Counted from the stretch's first letter, positions 37,920 through 49,015 are shown. The stretch is DNA of 64,000 nt from Terriglobia bacterium (GCA_965198225.1 CBDAOY010000007.1:128001-192000); one strand, 5' to 3'. Notes: a model not told the origin generated them from the sequence alone. Program-made: numbers and translations.

Positions 37920-39902
37920 TTGACGGACACGCCACAACACCAGCCTGGGCAGGATGCCGGCTCGGTCGACGAAGCCAAGAAATTCCGTGCCCTTCTGCAG
38001 CACGCCAACGACCTGGTTTATTCGGTCACAATCAACCCGGACGCGGGGACCTGGCGGCTGGAGTTCCTTAGTGACCGCATCCTCGATCTGAGCGGTTGTC
38101 GACCGGATGAATTCTTGCAGGAAGGCCGGCTGGGGGAAGGCGGTCCCTTTCGTCTGGCTGAACCCGCAGAGCACCCATTCGAGCTTCTTCACCCGGACGA
38201 CCTGGAGCAAGCGCTCCAGGCGACGCGGCGATTGTCCGCGGGCGAGAAGGTAATCCGTGAATACCGCATCCGAAACCGCCAGAGCGAGGAATACCGCTGG
38301 GTGGAGGACCGGTCGGAACCGGAGATGGACTCGCATCACCGCGTGGTCCGCATCTGGGGGATCGTTCGCGACATCACCGAGCGTCGCGAAAGAGAGGACG
38401 CGCTCAGACACCTTGCGGCGATCGTCGAAGTGACCGACGATGCCGTCGTCGGGCTGGACCCGGCCGGCCGGGTAGTGACCTGGAACTCGGCAGCGTCGGC
38501 GTTGTACGGTTACGAGAGCGAAGAGATCGTCGGCGAGCTGTTCTTTGATCGGGTCGTGCCGGATCGCGCCGTTTCGCTGAACGACCAGCTGAAATCGCTG
38601 GAGAGTGGGCACTTCAAGGAGCCCGACACCGAGCACGTGAACCGGGTCGGTCAGGCAGTTCCGGTTTCACTGACGGCGTCGGTGATCGATGGAGCGAATA
38701 CGACCTCTCGAATGATCGCCCTGGTGGTTCGCGACCTGACCGAGCGCCAGCAACTCGAGCAGCAGCTGCTTCAGTCTCAGAAGATGGAGGCCGTCGGCCG
38801 TCTTGCAGGTGGGATCGCCCACGACTTCAACAACATTCTCACGGTGATCCTCGGACTCGCGCGCGAAATCCGACTCGGTTCGGACGATCCATTGGCTGAG
38901 GAGGTCGAAGGTATCCAGCATGCGGCCGAGAGGGCGGCGCTCCTGACGCGGCAACTGCTCGCCTTCAGTCGAAGACAGATGCTTCAACCGAAGGTTCTCG
39001 ATCCCAACGAGCTGATCACGAACCTAGTGGGCCTGGTGCGCAAGCTCCTCGGCGAGCACATCGAAGTCGCGACGGAACTGGATGCCTCGACGGGACGTAT
39101 CAAAGCGGATCCTGTCCAACTGGAACAGGTCGTGATGAACCTGGCTGCAAACGCCCCTGATGCGATGCCCGACGGCGGTCGAGTCACGATCGAAACCGCT
39201 AACGTCGATTTTGACGACGAGTTTGTCCGGACTCACTCAGGAAGCCGTCCCGGCGCCTACGTGCGGCTGCGGTTTGCCGACACGGGCGCCGGGATGAGCG
39301 ACGAAACGCTGGTTCACGTTTTCGAGCCGTTCTTCACGACGAAGGGACCGGCGCTGGGGACGGGACTGGGGTTGTCGATGGTGTACGGCGTCGTCAAGCA
39401 GAGTCTCGGCTACATTTCGGTGGTGACCGAGCCCGGCGAGGGAACAGCCTTTGAGATATACCTGCCGAGGGTTCGAGAGGTGTCGCCTGCGCCTGCCGAT
39501 CCGCCCACGACTGCCCTGGGTGTTGAAACCATTCTCCTGGCCGAGGACGAGCCGTCTTTGAGGGGTTTTGTGCGTCGGGCGCTCGAGGCCGCCGGATACC
39601 GCGTGCTGGAAGCGCACGACGGCAAGGACGCTCTGACCGCCTTCGAAGAGAACGCCGAAGACATTCAAGCGATTCTGACCGACATCGTGATGCCCAACCA
39701 GAGCGGGCCCCAACTCGCCGATCGCGTGCGCGCGCGGCGACCGGGAATCGGCATCGTCTACATGTCCGGCTATCCCGACCTGGCAGACGACCAGCGCCCG
39801 ACGCTGGACGAGACTTCGGTGTTCATCCAGAAACCGTTCACGATGGAAGAGCTCACGGTGGCACTTCGGAATGTGCTGGATCGCTCCTCAGCCGAAGCTT
39901 GA
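37920..39902 (+). CDS. PAS-PAS hybrid sensor histidine kinase / receiver (CckA-like); start uncertain
   Basis: LHPDD PAS motif, [24 protein letters not shown]-box, [21 protein letters not shown]. Receiver ILLAEDE...TDIVMP...KPF. Confidence 0.9.
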   Translation: MTDTPQHQPGQDAGSVDEAKKFRALLQHANDLVYSVTINPDAGTWRLEFLSDRILDLSGCRPDEFLQEGRLGEGGPFRLAEPAEHPFELLHPDDLEQALQATRRLSAGEKVIREYRIRNRQSEEYRWVEDRSEPEMDSHHRVVRIWGIVRDITERREREDALRHLAAIVEVTDDAVVGLDPAGRVVTWNSAASALYGYESEEIVGELFFDRVVPDRAVSLNDQLKSLESGHFKEPDTEHVNRVGQAVPVSLTASVIDGANTTSRMIALVVRDLTERQQLEQQLLQSQKMEAVGRLAGGIAHDFNNILTVILGLAREIRLGSDDPLAEEVEGIQHAAERAALLTRQLLAFSRRQMLQPKVLDPNELITNLVGLVRKLLGEHIEVATELDASTGRIKADPVQLEQVVMNLAANAPDAMPDGGRVTIETANVDFDDEFVRTHSGSRPGAYVRLRFADTGAGMSDETLVHVFEPFFTTKGPALGTGLGLSMVYGVVKQSLGYISVVTEPGEGTAFEIYLPRVREVSPAPADPPTTALGVETILLAEDEPSLRGFVRRALEAAGYRVLEAHDGKDALTAFEENAEDIQAILTDIVMPNQSGPQLADRVRARRPGIGIVYMSGYPDLADDQRPTLDETSVFIQKPFTMEELTVALRNVLDRSSAEA

Positions 39903-39939
39903 CGTCTGCATAATCCCAGCTGGGACACCGCTCACGCGG

Positions 39940-40238
39940 GCAGGTGCGCCTGCTACCACTCCCGCGACCGCGCTGGGGTCCACTTCGTTTCCAGCGGAAC
40001 ATATAGAGGCCGAAGCTGGTCAGGGAGAACGTGATCGCGAGTGCGTACTGGAATAACCCGAAATCGAACACGATCCGGTAGATCGGCAGGTATACGATCT
40101 CGACGATTCCGACCAGCAGACAAAGAGCCCCGAGCCGGCGTGCCGCTTCTTCCTTGAGTTCCGGCGCCCAGGATCGGAGGAGCGGCGCCGAGCTGAACCT
40201 CCTGAAGATGCGGTGGCTGTCGGTGGCAGTTTCTTCAT
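39940..40238 (-). pseudogene. Possible degraded N-terminal fragment of a membrane protein
   Basis: A start-less frame reads WAPELKEEAARRLGALCLLVGIVEIVYL...FQYALAITFSLTSFGLYMF (two hydrophobic helices). The nearest ATG (MKKLPP) is in another frame. Confidence 0.3.
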
Positions 40239-40402
40239 TACGAGTGTCTTCAGATAGCGGCGACTTTTGGCTGCGGTCTGGTGACGCAACTAATACGTAT
40301 GAAACACTTTGCCGACATGCCGGCCACGATTATAGAAGCTGCGGGAAGTCGGCTGCAAGGACACATGACGCCTTTCGTCGGTCGAGATCCGCCCAAGTGG
40401 AG

Positions 40403-40427
40403 CAAATGTCACAATTGGTGACATTTG
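40403..40427. promoter_or_regulatory. Palindromic operator candidate upstream of the second DUF1592 operon
   Basis: Perfect inverted repeat CAAATGTCAC-AATTG-GTGACATTTG in an AT-rich intergenic region. Confidence 0.55.
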
Positions 40428-40551
40428 TTTGGTTGTTTTTTGGCGGGCTGTAGCATTAAATATGATGTCGTGGGATCTGTGCACCTGCGGGTGTGGTGCG
40501 CGTATGTTTGGAAACCGAGCGGGGTGACGTAAGTTGATGATGACGAGAGAG

Positions 40552-42969
40552 ATGATGAAGAGAATGTTGCTGTTCGGTCTCGTCGTGGTCGTCGCCGTGG
40601 CGATGGACCCTCAGGCCGACGGCTCGATCGCAATGTTGCCGGCGCACAGCGTATCGCCCCCATCGCCCGCCGCGGTGAATTCGGCCATCCTGGATCAGTA
40701 TTGCAGCGCCTGCCATGATGATGACCTGCGCTCGGGAGGGTTCGCGCTGTCGGAACTGGACCTGGAGCAGCCGGGGGAAACGGCCGAACGGTTCGAAACG
40801 GTCATCTTGAAGCTGAACGCCGGGATGATGCCGCCTCCCGGAATGCCTCGACCCGAAGCCGGCGTCATCGATGATTTCATTGCCGGGGTGGAGGGAGCGA
40901 TCGACACGGCGGCCGCTGCCGACCCGAATCCCGGCCGGCCGATTCTGCACCGGCTCAATCGGACCGAGTATTCCAACGCAGTCCGTGACCTGCTGGGTGT
41001 GGAGATCGACGCCGAGTCCTACCTGCCGCCCGACGACATGAGCGAAGGCTACGACAACATGTCCGACGTGCTCACGATTTCGCCGGCCCTTCTCGAGAGT
41101 TACATGGTCACGGCGGGGAAAATCAGCCGGATGGCAGTCGGCGATCCCGAGGCGGCTCCGGTTGTCGACACCTATGTGGTACCCCAGGCGGTTTCGCAGA
41201 TGCGTCACGTTCCGGGCGCGCCGTTCGGTACCCGGGGCGGCACGGTCGTTCGTCACAACTTCCCGGCCGATGGCGAGTACACCTTCTGGATGAGTTTCTA
41301 CTACGCCAGCATCGGTCCCCTCTTCGGCGACAACATACCGGCCGAAGGAGAGCAGATCGAGGTTGCGATCGACGGCGTGCGCGTCGCGCTGCTCGATATT
41401 CCGCGGCAGATCAAGACGGTCGAAGACGTCCGGACCGAACCGATCAAGGTGACTGCGGGACCGCACGACGTCTCGGCGACGTTTATCGAGAGAGGCGCAG
41501 GACCCGTCGAAGATTTCGTGATGCCTTTCGAGCGTGTCCTCGTGGATCTTTCGACCGGCCACTTCCCGGGCCTGACCGGTCTGCCGCACTTGCGCAACCT
41601 TGGCATCAATGGGCCCTACAACGTGACGGGTGTCAGCCCGATCCCAAGCCATGAAAAGATCTTCGTCTGCCGTCCGGCCGATGATAGCGAAGAAACTTCC
41701 TGCGCCCGCCATATCGTGTCGAAGCTGGCGCGTCTGGCGTTCCGGCGGCCCCTGACGGATCAGGACGTCGAGCCCCTGATTTCCTACTTTCGCAGCGGTC
41801 GGGAACAGGGCGATTTCGATGCGGGCATCCGTCTGGCGCTGCAGGCTATTCTGGCGGATCCGGAATTCCTGTTCCGTTTCGAGCGCGACCCCGAAGGCGC
41901 CGAGCCCGGCACGAACCATCGGATCACCGATCTCGAACTGGCTTCCAGGCTGTCGTACTTTCTGTGGAGCAGCGCGCCCGACGACGAGTTGATCACGATT
42001 GCCGCTGACCGACAGCTGTCGGACCCGACGATCCTAGAGCAACAGGTACGGCGGATGCTGGAACATCCGAAGGCCGAGACCTTGTCGACGAACTTCGCGT
42101 CCCACTGGCTGCGGCTGCAGAACCTCAAAGACATCCATCCCGACGCGTACCTGTTTCCCGACTGGGATTACAACCTGACCCGGTCGATGCGGAGGGAAAC
42201 AGAGTTGTTCTTCAACAGCATCGTCCGCGAGGACCGCACCATCATCGATCTCCTCGATGCCGACTATACGTTCGTCGACGGGCGGCTTGCCCGGCATTAC
42301 GATGTACCCAACGTCGTCGGTAGCCGATTCCGTCGCGTCGGGCGGGCCAACAGCGAGCGACGCGGCCTGCTCGGGCAGGGCAGCATCCTGACCTTGACCT
42401 CGATGGCAAACCGGACGTCACCGGTGCTACGGGGCGCGTGGATCATGGAAGTCATCCTGGGGACGCCTCCGCCGAACCCGCCGGCCAACGTGCCGCCGCT
42501 CGAGGAGAACGAGACGGGACAGAAGCTGTTGTCGGTGCGCGAGCGTCTGGTGTCGCACCGCGCGAATCCGGCCTGCGGCGCCTGCCACGACATCATCGAT
42601 CCGCTGGGGTTCTCTCTCGAGAACTTCGATGCGGTCGGAGCATGGCGCGCGAAGGATAGCGGTTTCGCCATTGACCCGTCGGGTACGCTCTTCGACGGTA
42701 CCGAAGTGGCCGGGCCGTCCGATCTTCGCGAGTATCTACTTCGGAGCCAGGATCTGTTCGTCAGGAACTTCACGCGGAACCTGCTGATGTACGCGATGGG
42801 CCGGGTTCTGCACCACTACGACATGACCACCGTCCGCGAGATCGTTCGCCAGGCGGGGGCCGAAGACAACCGCTTCTCATCCTTCGTCATGGCCATCGTC
42901 AACAGCACGCCGTTCCAGTTTCGACGCGTGGAAGCGCTCCCGACGGAGGAGGATGCGGCAAGGCACTAG
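40552..42969 (+). CDS. DUF1592/DUF1588-family diheme cytochrome c, copy 2
   Basis: Signal peptide. CSACH...MMPP, HRLNRTEY.NAVRDLL, ELASRLSYFLWSSAPDDEL, RTSPVLRG, CGACH..IDPLGFSLENFD. Confidence 0.9.
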   Translation: MMKRMLLFGLVVVVAVAMDPQADGSIAMLPAHSVSPPSPAAVNSAILDQYCSACHDDDLRSGGFALSELDLEQPGETAERFETVILKLNAGMMPPPGMPRPEAGVIDDFIAGVEGAIDTAAAADPNPGRPILHRLNRTEYSNAVRDLLGVEIDAESYLPPDDMSEGYDNMSDVLTISPALLESYMVTAGKISRMAVGDPEAAPVVDTYVVPQAVSQMRHVPGAPFGTRGGTVVRHNFPADGEYTFWMSFYYASIGPLFGDNIPAEGEQIEVAIDGVRVALLDIPRQIKTVEDVRTEPIKVTAGPHDVSATFIERGAGPVEDFVMPFERVLVDLSTGHFPGLTGLPHLRNLGINGPYNVTGVSPIPSHEKIFVCRPADDSEETSCARHIVSKLARLAFRRPLTDQDVEPLISYFRSGREQGDFDAGIRLALQAILADPEFLFRFERDPEGAEPGTNHRITDLELASRLSYFLWSSAPDDELITIAADRQLSDPTILEQQVRRMLEHPKAETLSTNFASHWLRLQNLKDIHPDAYLFPDWDYNLTRSMRRETELFFNSIVREDRTIIDLLDADYTFVDGRLARHYDVPNVVGSRFRRVGRANSERRGLLGQGSILTLTSMANRTSPVLRGAWIMEVILGTPPPNPPANVPPLEENETGQKLLSVRERLVSHRANPACGACHDIIDPLGFSLENFDAVGAWRAKDSGFAIDPSGTLFDGTEVAGPSDLREYLLRSQDLFVRNFTRNLLMYAMGRVLHHYDMTTVREIVRQAGAEDNRFSSFVMAIVNSTPFQFRRVEALPTEEDAARH

Positions 42970-43041
42970 TCGATCAGCGACCGTATAAACCGACCCGTTA
43001 TCATATGTACGACATCACACCAGGTAGATAAGGAGAGGGCG

Positions 43042-44415
43042 ATGTACATTACCAAGAAACATATTTCCAGGCGGACGGCCCTTCATGGCATCGGCGTGAC
43101 CCTGTCGTTGCCGCTGTTGGAGGCGATGTTGCCCGCCCAGACGCCGATGCGGCAGACGGCGGCAGCGACGAAGACGCGTCTGGCCGCGCTCGAGATGGTG
43201 CACGGTTCGGCCGGCAGCACCGGCGACGGGACCCGCCTGCACTACTGGTCGCCCGAGAAGCAGGGTCGCGATTTCGAGATCACCCAGATCCTGCGTTCGC
43301 TGGCTCCCCACCAGGAGTACCTGACCGTAGTCAGTCACACCGACATCGCCCCAGCGACCGCTTCCATGCCCGCCGAGGCCGGCGCCGACCACACGCGTTC
43401 TTCGGCCGCGTTCCTGACCTGCGCTCATGCACGGATGACCGAGGGCGCCGACATCTACAACGGCGTCTCGATGGATCAGCTCTACGCGCAGCAGTTCGGC
43501 CAGGACACGCCGTTGCCCTCGATCCAACTTGCCATTGAGGACGTCGGCTCGTTGACCGGCGCCTGCGGCTACGGTTACAGCTGCGTGTACGCGAACACGG
43601 TGTCCTGGTCTTCGCCGACGACACCGCTTCCGATGGAGCGTGATCCCCGTGTTGCGTTCGAGCGCCTGTTCGGCGACGGCGCGACGCCGGAACAGCGGCT
43701 CAGCCGCCGCCAGGCCAGTGCCAGCATTCTCGACGGCATCCTCGGAAAGATCGACGACCTGAAGAAGGGGTTGGGCGAAGCGGACAGGGTCCGGCTGGAC
43801 GACTACCTGGATGACGTTCGTGAGATCGAGCGGCGGATCGAACGGGCAGAGCATCACAATGCGACCAAGGAGGCCGTCGAGTTGCCGTCCGCTCCGATCG
43901 GGGTGCCCGACGTCTGGACCGAGCATGTCAAGCTGATGTTCGACCTCCAGGTCCTGGCGTTCATGACCGACACGACCCGTGTTTCCGCCTTCAAGATGGG
44001 CCGCGACGTCAGCTCCCGCGTCTACACCGAGAGCGGCGTGAAAACCCCGTTCCATTCGCTGTCGCACCACGGCAACAAGCCCGACAAGCTGGCCGAGTTC
44101 GCGCAACTGAACGAGTTCCACGTGAACCAGGTGTCGTACTTCATCGACAGGCTCAAGAACACTCCCGATGGCGACGGCAACCTTCTCGACCACTCAGTCG
44201 TGCTCTACGGCAGCCCTATGGGCGACGGCAGCGTGCACAACCACCTGCGAATTCCGCTGTTCCTGGCCGGCAAGGCCAACGGGCAGCTCAAAGGTAACCA
44301 CCACCTGCTTTGCCCTGATGCTACGCCTCTGGCGAACGTCTACCTGACGCTGCTGCGAAGGATGGGGGTCGACGTCGACACGTTCGGCGACAGCACGGGC
44401 GAAGTCGCAATCTGA
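43042..44415 (+). CDS. DUF1552 (HXXSHH-motif) protein, Tat-type leader, copy 2
   Basis: SRRTALHG leader, CGYGYSCVY, FHSLSHHG, GNLLDHSVVLYGSPMG. Confidence 0.9.
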   Translation: MYITKKHISRRTALHGIGVTLSLPLLEAMLPAQTPMRQTAAATKTRLAALEMVHGSAGSTGDGTRLHYWSPEKQGRDFEITQILRSLAPHQEYLTVVSHTDIAPATASMPAEAGADHTRSSAAFLTCAHARMTEGADIYNGVSMDQLYAQQFGQDTPLPSIQLAIEDVGSLTGACGYGYSCVYANTVSWSSPTTPLPMERDPRVAFERLFGDGATPEQRLSRRQASASILDGILGKIDDLKKGLGEADRVRLDDYLDDVREIERRIERAEHHNATKEAVELPSAPIGVPDVWTEHVKLMFDLQVLAFMTDTTRVSAFKMGRDVSSRVYTESGVKTPFHSLSHHGNKPDKLAEFAQLNEFHVNQVSYFIDRLKNTPDGDGNLLDHSVVLYGSPMGDGSVHNHLRIPLFLAGKANGQLKGNHHLLCPDATPLANVYLTLLRRMGVDVDTFGDSTGEVAI

Positions 44416-44437
44416 GCCAGCGCGGAGGAAAGTGGAT

Positions 44438-46033
44438 ATGTTGTGGAAAAACGTAGTCGGCAGCCTCTTCGTCGCCGTGTTCACCGCCATTTCGACGGCG
44501 GTGTTGGTTCTGGCAGGCGTCGCCGCGGATGCCCCCCTCGCCGATGCGGCGATGGAAGGCGACATCGAGACCGTCCGCGCTTTGCTTGCCGGGGAGGCCG
44601 ACGTCAACGCGGCCCAGGGCGACGGCATGACCGCCCTGCATTGGGCGGCGTACCGGGATGATCTGGACACTGCCGATTTGTTGCTCCAGGCCGAGGCCGA
44701 CGTTACGGCCAAGACGCGCGTGGGCGCGATCATGCCGATCTCTCTGGCCGCCCAAAACGGCGGCGCTGTCATGATCGCGAAACTGATCGAGGCCGGGGCA
44801 GAGGCGAACTCCCGAACCGCGACCGGTGCGACCGCCTTGATGATGGCAGCCATGTCGGGCAGCCTGGAAGCCGTCGAGGTTCTGCTCGACAACGGGGCTT
44901 TCGTCAACGCACGTGAGAAGAAGAACGGTCAGACACCCTTGATGTTCGCGGCCTGGGAGAATCGCCCCGACGTCATCAGACTACTACTCGAGCGCGGAGC
45001 TCATGTCGGCCTGGCGACCTATCTCATTTCGATGGACGACACGCCGATCGACACGGTCGGTCTTCCGATCCAGGGCCGCAGAGGCCGGGGGCCGAGAGCC
45101 CCGGGCGGGAACTCTACGATGGGGGGCCAGACGGCCTTGCTGTTTGCCGCGCGTGACGGCCATCTGGATGCGGTGAAGGCGCTCGTCGAAGCCGGTGCAG
45201 ACGTCGACCAGATCAACGGAGGTGAAGGGTCGAGCCCGATGGTGATCGCCGTCGCAAACGGGCACTACAGCGTCGCCAAGTATCTCCTCGACCAGGGCGC
45301 GGATCCCAACATCGCCAACATTGACGGCCTGGCACCGCTGTACGCGACCGTGAACATGCGCCATGCGCCGGTGTCGTGGGCTCCGAATCCGTTGACAGAC
45401 CAGGAGACGGTCGACGGGCTCGAGTTGATCCGCGCGTTGCTCGAAAAGGGTGCGAACCCTGATGCGCGCGTCGAGCGAAAACTGTGGTTCAGCCCCACCT
45501 CCCACGACCGCGGCTGGATCGACTATTCCGGTTCCACTCCGTTCTGGCGCGCCGCCCGATCGAGCGACGTCGAGGCGATGCGCATCCTTATCGAGTTCGG
45601 CGCGGACCCGAACATCAACAGCTACGGTGGTATCACGCCACTGATGGTTGCAGCGGGCATCGGCTGGATCGGTAATTTCAGCCAGAACCTGCCGGATTCC
45701 TGGATGGATACCGTCCAGTACTGTGTCGAACTCGGCAACGACATCAATGCGGCCGACAAGGACGGCTACACTGCGCTGCACGGAGCGGCAGCCCGCGGCG
45801 ACGACGAAATGATCACATATCTGGTCGACCAGGGTGCGGATGTGACCGCCCTCAACAAGGACGGAGATTCCCCCGCCGACATGGCTTTCGGACCGTCGCG
45901 CTTCTTCATCCCGAGACCGGAGACGCGGGACCTGCTGATCAGGCTTGGATCGCCGTTCCTGGACAATTGCCGTTCCGACCAGTGCGTCGACGGCAAGTTC
46001 AACGCGGAGGGGAAAACCCCGAACCAGAACTAG
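44438..46033 (+). CDS. Secreted ankyrin-repeat protein, copy 2
   Basis: Signal peptide and ankyrin repeats (DGMTALHWAA, GQTPLMFAA, GYTALHGAA). C-terminal CRSDQC. Confidence 0.9.
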   Translation: MLWKNVVGSLFVAVFTAISTAVLVLAGVAADAPLADAAMEGDIETVRALLAGEADVNAAQGDGMTALHWAAYRDDLDTADLLLQAEADVTAKTRVGAIMPISLAAQNGGAVMIAKLIEAGAEANSRTATGATALMMAAMSGSLEAVEVLLDNGAFVNAREKKNGQTPLMFAAWENRPDVIRLLLERGAHVGLATYLISMDDTPIDTVGLPIQGRRGRGPRAPGGNSTMGGQTALLFAARDGHLDAVKALVEAGADVDQINGGEGSSPMVIAVANGHYSVAKYLLDQGADPNIANIDGLAPLYATVNMRHAPVSWAPNPLTDQETVDGLELIRALLEKGANPDARVERKLWFSPTSHDRGWIDYSGSTPFWRAARSSDVEAMRILIEFGADPNINSYGGITPLMVAAGIGWIGNFSQNLPDSWMDTVQYCVELGNDINAADKDGYTALHGAAARGDDEMITYLVDQGADVTALNKDGDSPADMAFGPSRFFIPRPETRDLLIRLGSPFLDNCRSDQCVDGKFNAEGKTPNQN

Positions 46034-46050
46034 ACTTTCCTGGCGAAAGA

Positions 46051-46090
46051 GAAGCCCCGGCGGTCCGCCCGACGCCGGGGCTTTTTTCTT
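46051..46090 (+). terminator. Rho-independent terminator
   Basis: AAGCCCCGGCG...CGCCGGGGCTTTTTTCTT. Confidence 0.85.
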
Positions 46091-46124
46091 GCGCGGGCTT
46101 CTCGTGTAGCGAAACTTGCGTCGG

Positions 46125-46194
46125 GTGTAGGTGCGCTCTATGAGCGCACTTCGTTTGGGTTCGAAGAATGTGCGGTCATAGACCGCACCTACAC
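46125..46194. repeat. GTAG-type REP doublet (REPIN)
   Basis: GTGTAGGTGCGCTCTATGAGCGCAC, spacer, GTGCGGTCATAGACCGCACCTACAC. Confidence 0.88.
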
Positions 46195-46321
46195 CTCCCC
46201 AGGAAATCCGCCTATCCAAAAATTTCCTCCCCTCGAAAGGCTGTTTTGGACAAGGATGGTCATAGACCGAACCTTCATGGACGCCTGGCAAACAGGTTCC
46301 CGTCGACGGAGATTGAAAAGC

Positions 46322-48997
46322 ATGGCTCTCGAATACCTGTCTCAGTTGCCCGACACCAACCCGGAAGAAACCGCCGAATGGCTGGAATCGCTGGAAAGCC
46401 TTCTCCAGTCAGGGACTCACGATCGCGCCTCGTATCTGCTGCGGGCGATCGTACGTCGGGCCAGGGACCTGGGCATCGAACTTCCGGTTGCGGTGCAGAC
46501 TCCGTACATCAACTCGATCCCGGCTGAAGACGAACCGGACCTCCCGTTGAACGCCGACCTGGAAAAGCGAATCCGTCGTTTGATCCGATGGAACGCCATG
46601 GCGATGGTGCACCGCGCGAACGAACGCATCGAGGGCCTCGGCGGTCACCTTTCAACATACGCTTCGTCGGCAAGTCTCTACGAGGTCGGTTTCAATCACT
46701 TCTTCCGCGGCTGCGACGCTCCCGGGGGCGGTGATCAGTTGTTCATCCAGGGACACGCCGCTCCCGGCATCTATGCCCGTGCGTTTCTGGAAGGCCGCCT
46801 GGCGGAACAGGATCTCGACCACTTTCGGACCGAAACTTCGGGTAAGGGTCTGCCGTCATACCCGCATCCATGGCTGATGCCCGACTTCTGGCAATTCCCG
46901 ACCGTGTCGATGGGTTTGGGGCCCATAGCGGCTATCTACCAGGCGCGCTTCAATCGTTACCTGCAGGACCGCGGCCTGAAAGATACTTCCGAGCAGAGAG
47001 TCTGGTGCTTCCTCGGAGACGGTGAGACCGATGAGCCGGAGACTCTCGGCGCACTTTCGGTCGCGGCCCGTGAGCAGTTGGATAACCTGGTCTTCGTCGT
47101 GAACTGTAACCTGCAGCGCCTGGACGGTCCCGTGCGGGGCAACGGGAAGATCATGCAGGAGCTCGAAGCGGTGTTCCGCGGAGCGGGCTGGCGTGTCATC
47201 AAGGTCGTCTGGGGACCGGAATGGGATCCCCTTCTGGCACGGGACGACGACGGCCTGCTCGTTCAGCGGATGAACCAGGTGACCGACGGGGAGTTCCAGA
47301 AGTACTCCGTCGAAGACGGCGATTACATACGCAAACACTTCTTTGGCACCGATCCACGACTTCTCGAGCTCGTTTCCGATCTCAGCGATCGGCAACTGAC
47401 CCGGCTGCGACGTGGCGGCCACTCGTTTCGGAAGCTCTATACAGCTTACAAGTCCGCTGCCGAACATCGCGGCCAACCCATCGCGATCCTGGCGAAGACC
47501 GTAAAAGGTTGGATGCTCGGCAGCCATTTCGCGGGACGAAACGTCACGCACCAGCTCAAGCATCTCGACGAAGAACAGCTTCGAAAGTTCCGAGACGTGC
47601 TGGATCTGCCGATCCCGGACAGCCGCATCGAGGAAGCACCCTACTATCATCCCGGTCCGGACAGCGAGGAGGTGCGCTACCTGATCGAGAGGCGGCGCCA
47701 GCTGGGCGGTCCGTTGCCCAGCCGTAGCCGCAACAGCGCGGCGGTCAAGATTCCGGCGCCCGGCATCTTCAAGGAGTTCCGTGCCGGCGCGAAAGGCGGT
47801 GTGGAGGTGTCGACGACGATCGCATTCACGCGCTTGTTGCGGACGCTTCTGCGGGACAAGAAGATCGGTGCAAGGGTCGTGCCGATCATTCCCGACGAAG
47901 CCCGGACGTTTGGAATGGACGCTCTTTTCAGAGAGGTTGGAATCTACTCTTCGCTCGGCCAGCTCTACGAACCGGTCGACTCGGACCTGCTGCTCAACTA
48001 CAAGGAGGCCAAGGACGGCCAGCTGCTCGAAGAGGGAATCACCGAGGCGGGATCCATGGCGTCGTTCACCGCCGCGGCCACGTCCTATTCGACCCATGGC
48101 GTCGCCATGATCCCGTTCTACATCTTTTATTCGATGTTCGGTCTCCAGCGTACCGGGGACCAGGTTTGGGCGGTTGGGGATTCTCGGGGACGCGGCTTCA
48201 TGATGGCCGCCACGTCGGGACGCACGACCCTGAACGGGGAAGGGCTCCAGCATCAGGATGGCCACAGTCATCTGATGGCGAGTACGGTGCCGAACCTCGT
48301 CTCATACGACCCCGCGTACGCGTACGAGCTTTCCACCATCATCTATAACGGTCTGGAGAGGATGATCCGAGACCAGGAAGACATCTTCTACTACATCACG
48401 ATCTACAATGAGAACTACGCGATGCCGCCGATGCCCGAGGGAATCGAGGAAGGCATTCTGAAGGGCATCTACCTGTTGAGCCCTACCCCTCCGGGAAAGA
48501 AATCCGTGGCGCAGCTCTTCGGCAGCGGCCCGATCTTGAGGTGTTCACTGGAAGCCCAGGGAATCCTGGCAGAGGACTTCGGCATTCAGACCAATGTCTG
48601 GAGCGTCACCAGCTATCAGGAGCTGTTTCGGGACGGGAGGCGCGTCGAACGTCACAATCGGCTGAATCCTGGCTCGAAGCCGGGGCTTTCCTACCTGGGG
48701 AAAGTCCTGAAACCTCACCCGGGACCCGTGATTGCCGCGTCGGACTGGGTGTCCCAGATCCCCGACATGCTGCGTCCTTTCCTGCCGCGACCTTTCGTTG
48801 CTCTGGGTACCGATGGATACGGACGGTCCGACACCCGGGTTGCGTTGCGGTCGCATTTCGAGGTCGATGCGCGATGGATTGTGCACAGCACGCTCTACGC
48901 GTTGATGCGGGAAGGGAAAGTATCGTCCGAGACCGTTCAGAAGGCCCTGAAACAGCTGGAGCTGGACCCCAAGAAGCCCGATCCTTTCGGTGCTTGA
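46322..48997 (+). CDS. aceE: Pyruvate dehydrogenase E1 component, homodimeric type
   Basis: D.NPEET.EWLESL, GGHLSTYAS, FPTVSMGLGP, ThDP motif GDGETDE...NCNLQRLDGPVRGNGKI, PDEARTFGM, TTLNGEGLQHQDG, LGTDGYGRSDTR. Confidence 0.96.
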   Translation: MALEYLSQLPDTNPEETAEWLESLESLLQSGTHDRASYLLRAIVRRARDLGIELPVAVQTPYINSIPAEDEPDLPLNADLEKRIRRLIRWNAMAMVHRANERIEGLGGHLSTYASSASLYEVGFNHFFRGCDAPGGGDQLFIQGHAAPGIYARAFLEGRLAEQDLDHFRTETSGKGLPSYPHPWLMPDFWQFPTVSMGLGPIAAIYQARFNRYLQDRGLKDTSEQRVWCFLGDGETDEPETLGALSVAAREQLDNLVFVVNCNLQRLDGPVRGNGKIMQELEAVFRGAGWRVIKVVWGPEWDPLLARDDDGLLVQRMNQVTDGEFQKYSVEDGDYIRKHFFGTDPRLLELVSDLSDRQLTRLRRGGHSFRKLYTAYKSAAEHRGQPIAILAKTVKGWMLGSHFAGRNVTHQLKHLDEEQLRKFRDVLDLPIPDSRIEEAPYYHPGPDSEEVRYLIERRRQLGGPLPSRSRNSAAVKIPAPGIFKEFRAGAKGGVEVSTTIAFTRLLRTLLRDKKIGARVVPIIPDEARTFGMDALFREVGIYSSLGQLYEPVDSDLLLNYKEAKDGQLLEEGITEAGSMASFTAAATSYSTHGVAMIPFYIFYSMFGLQRTGDQVWAVGDSRGRGFMMAATSGRTTLNGEGLQHQDGHSHLMASTVPNLVSYDPAYAYELSTIIYNGLERMIRDQEDIFYYITIYNENYAMPPMPEGIEEGILKGIYLLSPTPPGKKSVAQLFGSGPILRCSLEAQGILAEDFGIQTNVWSVTSYQELFRDGRRVERHNRLNPGSKPGLSYLGKVLKPHPGPVIAASDWVSQIPDMLRPFLPRPFVALGTDGYGRSDTRVALRSHFEVDARWIVHSTLYALMREGKVSSETVQKALKQLELDPKKPDPFGA

Positions 48998-49015
48998 GAG
49001 ACGTGTGTGAACGAG

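Noticed and set aside
39135-39170. Kinase N-box reads NAPDAM instead of the usual NARDAM
   Set aside because: A single-base difference that cannot be distinguished from a sequencing error. All other kinase motifs are intact.
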